From Eubacteriales bacterium (GTDB lineage: Bacteria > Bacillota > Clostridia > Oscillospirales > CAG-272), in contig JBGVHJ010000063.1 in assembly GCA_045122255.1 (NCBI GenBank), positions 25,610 through 89,609 of the forward strand: a DNA stretch of 64,000 bases. Direction: 5' to 3'. The number at the start of each line of letters is the position of its first letter. Position 1 is the first letter of the stretch. The translations under genes and the position numbers were made by a program. The notes under the pieces were generated by a model. That model saw only the letters and a list, made by a program, of their open reading frames with translations. It did no database searches and was not told where the DNA came from. This document shows, in pieces, positions 28,038 through 35,753 of the stretch.

Positions 28038-28874
28038 TTATTTATTGCACTTTTCAACCAATTTTTCAGCCGCATTTTCAAGATAATCGCAGCTTATTCT
28101 CTCCACTGCACCGCAATCGATAAACGCGGCAACCTCGGGATCGATCGGAACTCTTGCCAGAATATCATAGCCGAACTCCTCTGCGATCTCACCGATATGG
28201 CTCTCACCGAAGATCTTTATCTCCTTGCCGCAATCGGGGCACTTGATATAGCTCATATTCTCAACCAGACCGAGAACCGGAACGTTCATCATATCCGCCA
28301 TATTAGCCGCCTTCTTAACGATCATAGCAACCAGATCCTGAGGGCTGGAAACGATAACGCAGCCGTCGATGGGAAGGCTCTGGAATACGGTAAGCGGAAC
28401 GTCGCCCGTGCCGGGAGGGCAATCGATAAGAAGATAATCGAGGTCTCCCCATGCCGCATCTGTCCAGAACTGACGGACGGTACCCGAAATGATAGAGCCT
28501 CTCCACACAACGGGGTGGCTTTCATCGTCGAGCATAAGGTTTACCGAAAGGATCTTGATACCCGTTGCGGTTTCGGGAGGGATCATATTTCCCTCTCCGT
28601 CTCCCTCAACGTCTGCATTCATTCCGAAAGCCTTGGGTATAGAGGGACCGGTAATATCAGCATCGAGGATACCTACTCTGTATCCCTTTCTGCTGAGGTG
28701 AACGGCAAGCATAGAGGTAACGAGAGATTTACCTACGCCACCCTTTCCGCTCATAACCGCGATTATATGACCAACGTTACTTTTTTTGTTAGGCTCGTCC
28801 TTGGGGATACCGCCATTCTTAGAAGGGCAATTCAATCCACAGGTGGAGCAATCATGTGTGCATCCTTCTGCCAT
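28038..28874 (-). CDS. mrp: Mrp/NBP35 (ApbC) family Fe-S cluster carrier ATPase
   Basis: Deviant Walker A SGKGGVGKS, an N-terminal CTHDCSTCGLNC motif, and a CPDCG pair near the C-terminus. Confidence 0.9.
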   Translation of the reverse strand: MAEGCTHDCSTCGLNCPSKNGGIPKDEPNKKSNVGHIIAVMSGKGGVGKSLVTSMLAVHLSRKGYRVGILDADITGPSIPKAFGMNADVEGDGEGNMIPPETATGIKILSVNLMLDDESHPVVWRGSIISGTVRQFWTDAAWGDLDYLLIDCPPGTGDVPLTVFQSLPIDGCVIVSSPQDLVAMIVKKAANMADMMNVPVLGLVENMSYIKCPDCGKEIKIFGESHIGEIAEEFGYDILARVPIDPEVAAFIDCGAVERISCDYLENAAEKLVEKCNK

Positions 28875-28973
28875 TTTCTACCTCCAAATGTATATAAAGA
28901 TATTTTTTACCAAACGATATTATACAACATTATTTGCCAAAAAGCAATAGTTATTTCGAAAAAAGAAAAAAAT

Positions 28974-29005
28974 AAAAAGGAATCCCGCGGGAATTCCTTT
29001 TTATT
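28974..29005 (-). terminator. rpmF terminator
   Basis: AAAAAGGAATCCCGCGGGAATTCCTTTTT palindrome with flanking A and T runs. Confidence 0.75.
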
Positions 29006-29021
29006 TTTGCTTTTGTGTCAA

Positions 29022-29213
29022 TTAAGCCTCTTTTACGTTGAGAACCTTCTTGCCGTTGTAGTAGCCGCAAACCTTGCATACGCAGTGGGGCTTGAGCATT
29101 TCGGAGCAAGCGGGGTTGGAGCACTTAACAAGTCCGGGCATAGTGAGCTTGGAGTTGTTGCTTCTTCTCTTATCTCTGCGTGCTTTAGACACTTTTCTCT
29201 TCGGTACTGCCAT
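29022..29213 (-). CDS. rpmF: 50S ribosomal protein L32
   Basis: MAVPKRKVSKARRDKRRS... with a CxxC...CxxC zinc ribbon. Confidence 0.95.
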   Translation of the reverse strand: MAVPKRKVSKARRDKRRSNNSKLTMPGLVKCSNPACSEMLKPHCVCKVCGYYNGKKVLNVKEA

Positions 29214-29286
29214 TGTGAAACCTCCTCTCGGTCATGCTTTTCGCATTTCCGAATATAAATAAATTATTTTTTACTGTGTTAAGCGT

Positions 29287-29805
29287 TTATTTGTCTTCTT
29301 CCTTGTTAAGAAGCTGCGCCAGAACCGCAAGACGGGGATCGATCTCCTTTTTGGGGCAACCGCAATCGCCACCCTTCAGAGATTTTCCGCACTTGGGGCA
29401 AAGACCCGGGCAATCCTCGGAGCAAAGTATCTTACGGGGGAAATCAAGAAGGAGCGCTTCTGCAAGCTGCTCGTCGATATCGAGCTGACCGTTTTCAACG
29501 ATCACGTACTCATCGACGTTGTCCTCTATCTGTTCCTCGGTAAGGGTACCCTCATCGGCTACCACTCTTTCGAAATCAAGAACGAACTCACCCAAAACGG
29601 TATCAAGGCATCTGTCGCACTCGGTCTCATACGCAAGATGAGCCTGCGCCTTCAGCTGCATATATCCCGCGCTGTTGGTAATTTCACCTTCAACGAGAGC
29701 ATCGTCCTGAAATCTCACTCTGTCCATAGGAATGGGCTCGAGCTTGTATTCAAAGGTTATTCGGTTCTTCTCACCTCTGAGAAGAGGCCCTACGTCCAAT
29801 TTCAT
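29287..29805 (-). CDS. yceD: YceD/DUF177 family protein
   Basis: ATG 29805 follows AAGGGTGG and lies downstream of the predicted TSS. The C-terminus is CSEDCPGLCPKCGKSLKGGDCGC. It sits upstream of rpmF, as in many bacteria. Confidence 0.85.
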   Translation of the reverse strand: MKLDVGPLLRGEKNRITFEYKLEPIPMDRVRFQDDALVEGEITNSAGYMQLKAQAHLAYETECDRCLDTVLGEFVLDFERVVADEGTLTEEQIEDNVDEYVIVENGQLDIDEQLAEALLLDFPRKILCSEDCPGLCPKCGKSLKGGDCGCPKKEIDPRLAVLAQLLNKEEDK

Positions 29806-29848
29806 ACAAAAACCACCCTTCATCAAGACATAAAACGCGACTTTAATT

Positions 29849-29877
29849 ATTATACATAACAAAATGCGTTTTGTCAA
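29849..29877 (-). promoter_or_regulatory. yceD-rpmF promoter
   Basis: On the minus strand: TTGACA AAACGCATTTTGTTATG TATAAT. Confidence 0.65.
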
Positions 29878-29967
29878 GAGTTTTTTTTATTTTTTGTGGG
29901 GATTTTTTAGATTTTTTGAAATTGCTGTAAATCAGCCTTCAATCTCAATATATAAAGCATCTTTTAC

Positions 29968-29996
29968 TTGACATTAACGTAATTAAGTGTTATACT
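29968..29996 (+). promoter_or_regulatory. Promoter upstream of repeat-element copy 1 and tmcAL
   Basis: TTGACA (29968-29973), 17 nt, TGtTATACT (-10 at 29991-29996). Confidence 0.55.
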
Positions 29997-30033
29997 GTTA
30001 ATGGTCAAATTTTGATTTGCCGTAAAGATATAA

Positions 30034-30221
30034 AGTGATATTGTTGCTTCGCAACAGTGGTATTTCCCTTGCGGGAAGTGATATTGTTCAGCTTTGCTGA
30101 ACAGTGATATTCTATTCGCCACTTTAACTTGCGTAGCAAATACCACTCGGTGTAAGCCGAATATCACTGCGAAGCAATACCACTCGCCGCAGGCGAATAG
30201 AACTGCGCACCTTCGGTGCGC
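30034..30221. repeat. Composite motif-hairpin element, copy 1: 4 x AGTGRTATT (forward), then 5 x AATAYCACT-like (reverse), each separated by a perfect mini-hairpin
   Basis: Read directly from the sequence. The unit list is in the findings. Confidence 0.9.
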
Positions 30222-30237
30222 CAGAAAGGAGAGCAAT

Positions 30238-31446
30238 ATGAAAACCGTTGGCATCGTATGCGAATACAACCCTTTTCACACGGGGCATGCGCGGCAGATA
30301 GATATTCTGCGCAAGAGTGGCGCCGAGGTGATAATATGCGCTATGAGCGGCAATTTTTCAGAGCGCGGAGAGCTTACAGTTGCAGACAAATACACTCGCG
30401 CAGAGGCGGCTGTAAGATGCGGCGCGGATATAGTAGTTGAGCTTCCCTTTCCCTATTCTTCGCTTTCGGCAGAAGGATTCTGCTCTGCGGGCGTCCACAT
30501 TCTCTCGTCTCTTGGTTGCGATACTCTTTCATTTGGAAGCGAGAGCGCAGACGTGGCGCTTCTTCGTCGCGCGGCTGATATAGCTTCCTCTCCCGAATTC
30601 GTCTCGGATTATGCCGAGATCTGCAAAAATCAAGGCTCGGCAAGGGCTTATTTCGACCTGCTTTCCGAAAAGCTTGGCGAGGATGCAAGGCTTCTTTCAA
30701 ACGATATTTTGGGCATATCCTACGTTGCCGCCATCAAGCATCAAGGCTCCGTGATGGAGATATTCCCCATAAGTCGCGAGGGAGCGGCTTATAAGGAAAC
30801 CGAGCTCGGCGGCCCTTATCCCAGCGCGACCGCCATCAGAAAGGCGACCAATGAATCGCAGAAGGGCTTTTTCGCTATCAGCTGTGACAATATCCCCACC
30901 CCTGCCCTCGAAGCCTTGAAAAGGGCTCAAAATGACGGTCTCGCGCCGGTATTTACCGACAGTATCGGATCGGATATCCTCAGCTTTTTCAAGCTTATGT
31001 CACCCGACGAGATAATTTCTCGCGCTACTAAAAGATCGGGCGGCGGAGATTCGGTCTGCTGCGACGGATGCGGTATTGTAGAAAGAATATGCAACAGTGC
31101 AAAAGCATCAAAAGATCTCGGCGAAATGCTGAAGGCATCATACAATTCAAGATATCCCGATGCAAGGATCAACCGCGTAATTCTCTTCTCCATGCTTGGC
31201 GTATCGGATGCTTTTGAAAAATCGCTACCCGAATACACCCAGCTTTTAGGAGCAAGCGACGCGGGACGAAAATACCTCTCGAATATCCGCAAGTCTTCCG
31301 CTTTCCCCATAGTCACAAAGCCTGCCGACGCTCCCGAAGCAACGGCAACGGGTATCCTCCATCTTTCCGACTCACTTTACGCATCCGCTATGCCAAAGGA
31401 CGTAAATTTCGATTATTTTCTCAAAAAACACCCATATATGGGCTGA
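30238..31446 (+). CDS. tmcAL: tRNA(Met) cytidine acetate ligase (YlbM/TmcAL family nucleotidyltransferase)
   Basis: MKTVGIVCEYNPFHTGHARQI matches the YlbM N-terminus, and SD AAAGGAGAG lies at 30225-30233. The 48 codons upstream in the track ORF merely translate the repeat array. Confidence 0.85.
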   Translation: MKTVGIVCEYNPFHTGHARQIDILRKSGAEVIICAMSGNFSERGELTVADKYTRAEAAVRCGADIVVELPFPYSSLSAEGFCSAGVHILSSLGCDTLSFGSESADVALLRRAADIASSPEFVSDYAEICKNQGSARAYFDLLSEKLGEDARLLSNDILGISYVAAIKHQGSVMEIFPISREGAAYKETELGGPYPSATAIRKATNESQKGFFAISCDNIPTPALEALKRAQNDGLAPVFTDSIGSDILSFFKLMSPDEIISRATKRSGGGDSVCCDGCGIVERICNSAKASKDLGEMLKASYNSRYPDARINRVILFSMLGVSDAFEKSLPEYTQLLGASDAGRKYLSNIRKSSAFPIVTKPADAPEATATGILHLSDSLYASAMPKDVNFDYFLKKHPYMG

Positions 31447-31482
31447 AATTGTAAATTATAAGAAAACTTTAACAATTTACTG

Positions 31483-31511
31483 TTGACTTATACTTTTTTA
31501 TATGATATAAT
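31483..31511 (+). promoter_or_regulatory. Promoter of the 97-aa ORF
   Basis: TTGACT, 17 nt, TGaTATAAT. Confidence 0.6.
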
Positions 31512-31576
31512 TTGTTATTGAATAATTTGCAAAAAACCACAGAAAGGATTTCGAGCAATCGAAAAGGTGATATATA

Positions 31577-31870
31577 ATGGCTGAAACTCGCAATATGGTC
31601 AAGGGCGATATCATTTATTACAAGAACAAGCCCCTGGTTCGTGAAAAAGATACTATATGCTACGGTGACTTCACCGAAAAGTGCGTTCTTATATTTGAGA
31701 TCATGTCTTACGTGGAAGAAGAAGGAGCAAAGGTGCCCGGCAAGATCTTCATTCAGGTGATCGACTCCGAAAGCGGAAAGATTCTCAAGCAGGCTGATAA
31801 GGAAGGTATGTTTGAGGCATTTAACTACGGTATTTTCTGGTACGAAAAGTTCCTTACCGAAAACAACTGA
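31577..31870 (+). CDS. Small hypothetical protein (97 aa)
   Basis: It has a strong promoter (31483-31511), SD AAGGTGAT and a downstream terminator. No motif recognised. Confidence 0.5.
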   Translation: MAETRNMVKGDIIYYKNKPLVREKDTICYGDFTEKCVLIFEIMSYVEEEGAKVPGKIFIQVIDSESGKILKQADKEGMFEAFNYGIFWYEKFLTENN

Positions 31871-31892
31871 TCGGCAAGCTTATCGAAAATAC

Positions 31893-31925
31893 AAAAAGGC
31901 AAGCGCGGCTTGCCTTTTTTGTTTT
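31893..31925. terminator. Bidirectional terminator
   Basis: AAAAAGGCAAGC-GCG-GCTTGCCTTTTTT. Confidence 0.8.
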
Positions 31926-31951
31926 TTATTGGATCAAAGTATATTTTTTAA

Positions 31952-32455
31952 TCAACAATTTTCAATTGAATAATATATGCACCTATGCTCTTTACCTCTG
32001 TATTCGATCACGTCGGATCTATTCATCAGCTTCATACCGCACTTCTGCATCACGCGTTTGCTTGCAATATTTTCTTCAAACGCGCCGCATATGACCTTGG
32101 AAAATCCCTTTTCAAAGAGATACCCGATAGCTCCCTTCATCGCCTCGGTGCAATATCCTTTATTTTGATATTCAGGGGAGATGACGTAGCCCATTTCCAC
32201 GCAGCCATCCACGATCTCGGTATCGTTCATAAAACCGATAAGCTCATCGCCAAGGCTTATCGCTCCAACGTATCGGTCATCAGCATTAGACAGTCGGGCA
32301 AATGCAGAAAAAAGCTTCTCCGCCGCTTCCACATTCTCAAAATCGGGGATCATATAGGTCTTTTTAATGCTTTCATCGTAAAGCATTTCAAGCATTTTTT
32401 CTTTGTCGGCGTCACAAAACGGACGGACGCTCAGTCTTTCGGTTTTGAATTGCAT
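31952..32455 (-). CDS. GNAT-family N-acetyltransferase
   Basis: 167 aa, RimJ/RimL-like, with ...YQNKGYCTEAMKGAIGYLF... as the acetyl-CoA binding region. Confidence 0.8.
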   Translation of the reverse strand: MQFKTERLSVRPFCDADKEKMLEMLYDESIKKTYMIPDFENVEAAEKLFSAFARLSNADDRYVGAISLGDELIGFMNDTEIVDGCVEMGYVISPEYQNKGYCTEAMKGAIGYLFEKGFSKVICGAFEENIASKRVMQKCGMKLMNRSDVIEYRGKEHRCIYYSIENC

Positions 32456-32457
32456 AA

Positions 32458-33315
32458 TTATTTTTTTACAAGCTCCACTAAAACTATTTCTCTTGGGTTA
32501 TTGAAGCGAATCGGAAAACTGCTGTTACCAACGCCGCGGCTCACTATCATCACGCTTCCCTCTCGCTCATACATTCCGCCGTCGTATTCGGGGAAAAGGC
32601 CGTAGCTTGGGGCATAGAGACCGCCGAGGAACGGAATTTGAAACTGACCGCCGTGTAGGTGTCCGCTGAGCACAAGATCAAAGCCGCAGGTGGCATACTG
32701 ATAAAAATCGCGGGGGCGGTGAGCCAAAAGCACCGAAAATGCGGTTTTATCGCCCTTTAAGGCTATAAGATCGTCATTTGAAGGCTGATAACCGAAATTC
32801 TGATCTCCAACACCGGCAATGGTTATGTATTCTCCGTTTTTTTCAAATAAAACGGCATTATTTTCAAGCACCGTGACACCTGCCGCCGTCAGCTTATCGC
32901 AAAAATCGGCATAGTCGTCCTGCGACAAAACCGACTCGTGATTTCCGCTGACGTAATAGGTCGGCGCGATCAACGCGGCTTTTTCTGCAAACTCTACCGC
33001 AACCGAAATATCGGTTCGGGTTCGGTCGATAAGGTCGCCTGTTATGACGATAATATCGGGATCCGTTTTTTTCAGTTTTGCAATAAGACGAGAATTGCCA
33101 TCCCCAAGCTCATCGTTATGCAGATCCGATACCTGCGCTATGCGAAATCCATCGAAGGCATCGGGAAGCTTTTCGCTCTCTATTCGGTATTCGCTGACAG
33201 TTACCGCAAAATTGCCCCATAGCATCCAAGCGGTGAAGACAATGGCGGCAAATAATAACACGGCAAATGCCAAAGAAATTGTTATCGCTAATATCCTTAC
33301 TGTTTTTTTATTCAT
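32458..33315 (-). CDS. Membrane-anchored metallophosphoesterase
   Basis: An N-terminal TM segment, then DLHND, GDLIDR, GNHE and SGHLHGGQ motifs. Confidence 0.85.
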   Translation of the reverse strand: MNKKTVRILAITISLAFAVLLFAAIVFTAWMLWGNFAVTVSEYRIESEKLPDAFDGFRIAQVSDLHNDELGDGNSRLIAKLKKTDPDIIVITGDLIDRTRTDISVAVEFAEKAALIAPTYYVSGNHESVLSQDDYADFCDKLTAAGVTVLENNAVLFEKNGEYITIAGVGDQNFGYQPSNDDLIALKGDKTAFSVLLAHRPRDFYQYATCGFDLVLSGHLHGGQFQIPFLGGLYAPSYGLFPEYDGGMYEREGSVMIVSRGVGNSSFPIRFNNPREIVLVELVKK

Positions 33316-33321
33316 TTCAAA

Positions 33322-34308
33322 TTAAATCATATCATTCCCAACGGGAGTATAGAAAAGCTCCGAAAACTCTGCGGCGGTCTTGGACTTAGGAAGCGCCCAC
33401 ATGACCTTAGCGACAACTGTTTCGGTAGTCATATCGTATGCCTCGGGGAGCTCATATTTCTGCTTGATGCGAAGTCCGACCTGGTAAACTCCCATATCGC
33501 TTCCCTCGTGAGGAACCTGAGTAGTTATAACTATTCTGACTCCCTTTTCAATAAGCCTTTCGATCTTCTCCACGAACTCGTCGTTGTCATAGTAAGGCAA
33601 ACCGCCCACACCGAAGCTCTCGATTATGACCGCGTGATATCTGTCGGCGATAAAGTCAAAAATATCTGCGCTCATACCCGGGATAAGCTTGACAACGATG
33701 ACCGAGGGGTCGATCTCGTCACAGAAAACAGGCTCTCCCGTGATGTTTTCACGGATATAATACTTAACCGAGCCGCGGATAAAGCCGATCTCGGGATAAT
33801 CTATGCTGGAGAAGGCATTGAAGCTCTTTGTCCTCGTCTTTCTCGCTCTGGTAGCGGCAATTATCTTATCGCCAAAAACGATATGTACACCGCAGGCAGA
33901 ATCGTCGGAGGCATACATAAACGCGTCGGTGAGGTTTTCTCTCGCATCGGTATCGCGCTTCTCTATCGGTATCTGCGCGCCCGTCAGCACGATAGGCTTT
34001 CGGCTGTTCTGTATAAGATAGTGCAGCATTGCCGCAGCATATGCCATAGTATCGGTTCCGTGAGTTATAACGAATCCGTCGTATTCGTCGTATACCTTGC
34101 GGATATATCTCGCCACCTCGAGCCAATACTCGGGGCGCATATTGGTGCTGTCAAGATTGTAAAGCTGAACGGTGGAAACGTGGCAGATGCTTCTGACCTC
34201 GGGAACGTGCGAGAGCAGCTGCTCCGATGCCAGGGCGGGCACAAGACCGTTTTCACTTTCTGCGGAGGCGATAGTGCCTCCCGTTGTAATTAAAAGAATG
34301 TGCTTCAT
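33322..34308 (-). CDS. ansA: Type I L-asparaginase
   Basis: ILLITTGGTIAS with the catalytic Thr motif, and HGTDTM. Confidence 0.9.
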   Translation of the reverse strand: MKHILLITTGGTIASAESENGLVPALASEQLLSHVPEVRSICHVSTVQLYNLDSTNMRPEYWLEVARYIRKVYDEYDGFVITHGTDTMAYAAAMLHYLIQNSRKPIVLTGAQIPIEKRDTDARENLTDAFMYASDDSACGVHIVFGDKIIAATRARKTRTKSFNAFSSIDYPEIGFIRGSVKYYIRENITGEPVFCDEIDPSVIVVKLIPGMSADIFDFIADRYHAVIIESFGVGGLPYYDNDEFVEKIERLIEKGVRIVITTQVPHEGSDMGVYQVGLRIKQKYELPEAYDMTTETVVAKVMWALPKSKTAAEFSELFYTPVGNDMI

Positions 34309-34316
34309 AAATTACC

Positions 34317-34820
34317 TTATTTTTCAAAATTTATTCTGATTATTTTTCTTGCAGGAAAGAACTCTCCAAGCTCAATTCCAACGATTTTAGCGCAAATCGG
34401 TTCTCTTATCTCGGGTAAAAGTGCCTTCGCCCTTCTCACCTCATCCTCATTGCCGCAAAATACCGTTGCATGAGGAACCCACTCAAATCCGTTTGCATAA
34501 TCGCATTCAAAGCTTTTGCGCAACTCAAGCAGCTCCTCGGGCACTGTGGGCTCAAGGAAAAGCACTCTGTCCGAAAATGTTTTATAGGCGACGAGCTGAA
34601 CGTCAAAGCTATGAGAATCTGCCGCGACGCGCTTGATCTTCTCTACTACTTCATCCACCGCATCCGTGGGATAGCTTCCCAGCGTCAGATGAAACGGTAT
34701 GCCCATGGTTTGCGTTCCTTCGCCTACCCTTTCAATGAGCGTCGCCTGCATTTTTGCAAGCAATTTTTGTGTTTCATCATCAAAGACCGCCATAACGGTC
34801 AAGAATTTTTTGTTTTCCAT
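34317..34820 (-). CDS. 2H-phosphoesterase / 2'-5' RNA ligase (LigT-like) family protein
   Basis: Two HxT/S motifs: FHLTLG and PHATVF. Confidence 0.7.
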   Translation of the reverse strand: MENKKFLTVMAVFDDETQKLLAKMQATLIERVGEGTQTMGIPFHLTLGSYPTDAVDEVVEKIKRVAADSHSFDVQLVAYKTFSDRVLFLEPTVPEELLELRKSFECDYANGFEWVPHATVFCGNEDEVRRAKALLPEIREPICAKIVGIELGEFFPARKIIRINFEK

Positions 34821-34839
34821 TTAGTTTACCTGATGTTAT

Positions 34840-35006
34840 GTAAGTCGAGTCGCTTTTGAGGAGCAACGCGGCAAAGTGCAAAATTTCCAATGACTTGACC
34901 GACGAAATTTTGTGCGAGGCAAGGCGCACCGGAAAAAGCAAGACGAAGGCTTACTTACGTAAGTCGAGTCGCTTTTGAGGAGCAACGCGGCATCGCGCAA
35001 AATTTC
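34840..35006. repeat. Direct repeat: identical 34-mers at 34840-34873 and 34959-34992, each followed 4 nt later by GCAAAATTTC
   Basis: GTAAGTCGAGTCGCTTTTGAGGAGCAACGCGGCA occurs twice with a 119-nt period. GCAAAATTTC is at 34878-34887 and 34997-35006. An inverted partner GAAATTTTG is at 34904-34912. Confidence 0.9.
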
Positions 35007-35011
35007 TAAGG

Positions 35012-35728
35012 TCAAATGCCGAAGCCGCCGTCTACGCCTATCACCTGTGCAGTTATGAACGATGCCTTTTCACTTGCAAGGAAGTATACGAGCTCGGCAA
35101 CCTCAGAGGGGTCTCCGATTCGGTAAAGAGGCGTCTCCTCGCAAAGCTCCGCCATGGTATCGTCGTCATAGCAAGCGTTCATATCGGTATCGATAACGCC
35201 GGGTTCGACGCAATTGACTCTTATTCCCGACCGCCCAAGCTCCTTGGCAAGAGAGAGAGTAAGACCGCGAAGCCCTGCCTTGCTTGCCGAGTATGCCGAC
35301 TCGCAGGACGCGCCGCATCTGCCCCAGACCGAGCCTATATTGATTATAGATCCGCTCTGCTGTCTTACCATATCCGCCGTTGCCGAGCGGCTCATATAAA
35401 AGGCGCTTGAAAGGTTGGTGTTCATCACCTTCATCCAGTGCTCGTTTGTCATATCGGTTATCAGCTCGCTTTCGCTGATGCCCGCGTTGTTGATAAGTAC
35501 GTCAACTCCGCCGAGATAGCCTACCGCTTGCTCATAAGCCCAAGCCGCCTCCTCGGGGTCGGAAATATCTGCTTTTATGGGGAATGCTCCCGTTTCGTCG
35601 GCACATTCCTCTGCCGCCTCGTCATTGAAACGGTATATAAACGCAACCGCATAGCCGTTCTCGGCAAAAAGCTCAACGCATGCGCGACCGATGCCGCGCG
35701 AGCCGCCTGTAACTATTACTTTTTTCAT
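35012..35728 (-). CDS. SDR-family oxidoreductase (FabG-like)
   Basis: TGGSRGIG cofactor motif and YSASK catalytic motif. Confidence 0.85.
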   Translation of the reverse strand: MKKVIVTGGSRGIGRACVELFAENGYAVAFIYRFNDEAAEECADETGAFPIKADISDPEEAAWAYEQAVGYLGGVDVLINNAGISESELITDMTNEHWMKVMNTNLSSAFYMSRSATADMVRQQSGSIINIGSVWGRCGASCESAYSASKAGLRGLTLSLAKELGRSGIRVNCVEPGVIDTDMNACYDDDTMAELCEETPLYRIGDPSEVAELVYFLASEKASFITAQVIGVDGGFGI

Positions 35729-35753
35729 AAATACATCCTTATATTTTTTTGAA

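Noticed and set aside
19769-30221. Whether the short repeat arrays at 19769-19880, 30034-30221 and 39027-39193 are CRISPR arrays
   Set aside because: The repeat unit is only 7-9 nt. The intervening spacers are 7-22-nt perfect palindromes. The motif orientation flips within an array. No cas genes are present.
29964-30269. A 101-aa minus-strand ORF and the 48-codon upstream extension of tmcAL (30094-30237)
   Set aside because: Both only translate the motif-hairpin repeat array. tmcAL has a proper SD and a conserved N-terminus at 30238.
31548-31575. A hairpin, tttcga-GCAA-tcgaaa, followed by GGTGATATA, which resembles a motif-hairpin unit
   Set aside because: The GGTGAT here is the Shine-Dalgarno sequence of the 97-aa ORF (ATG 31577). 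It is a single unit and is best explained as an ordinary 5' UTR hairpin.
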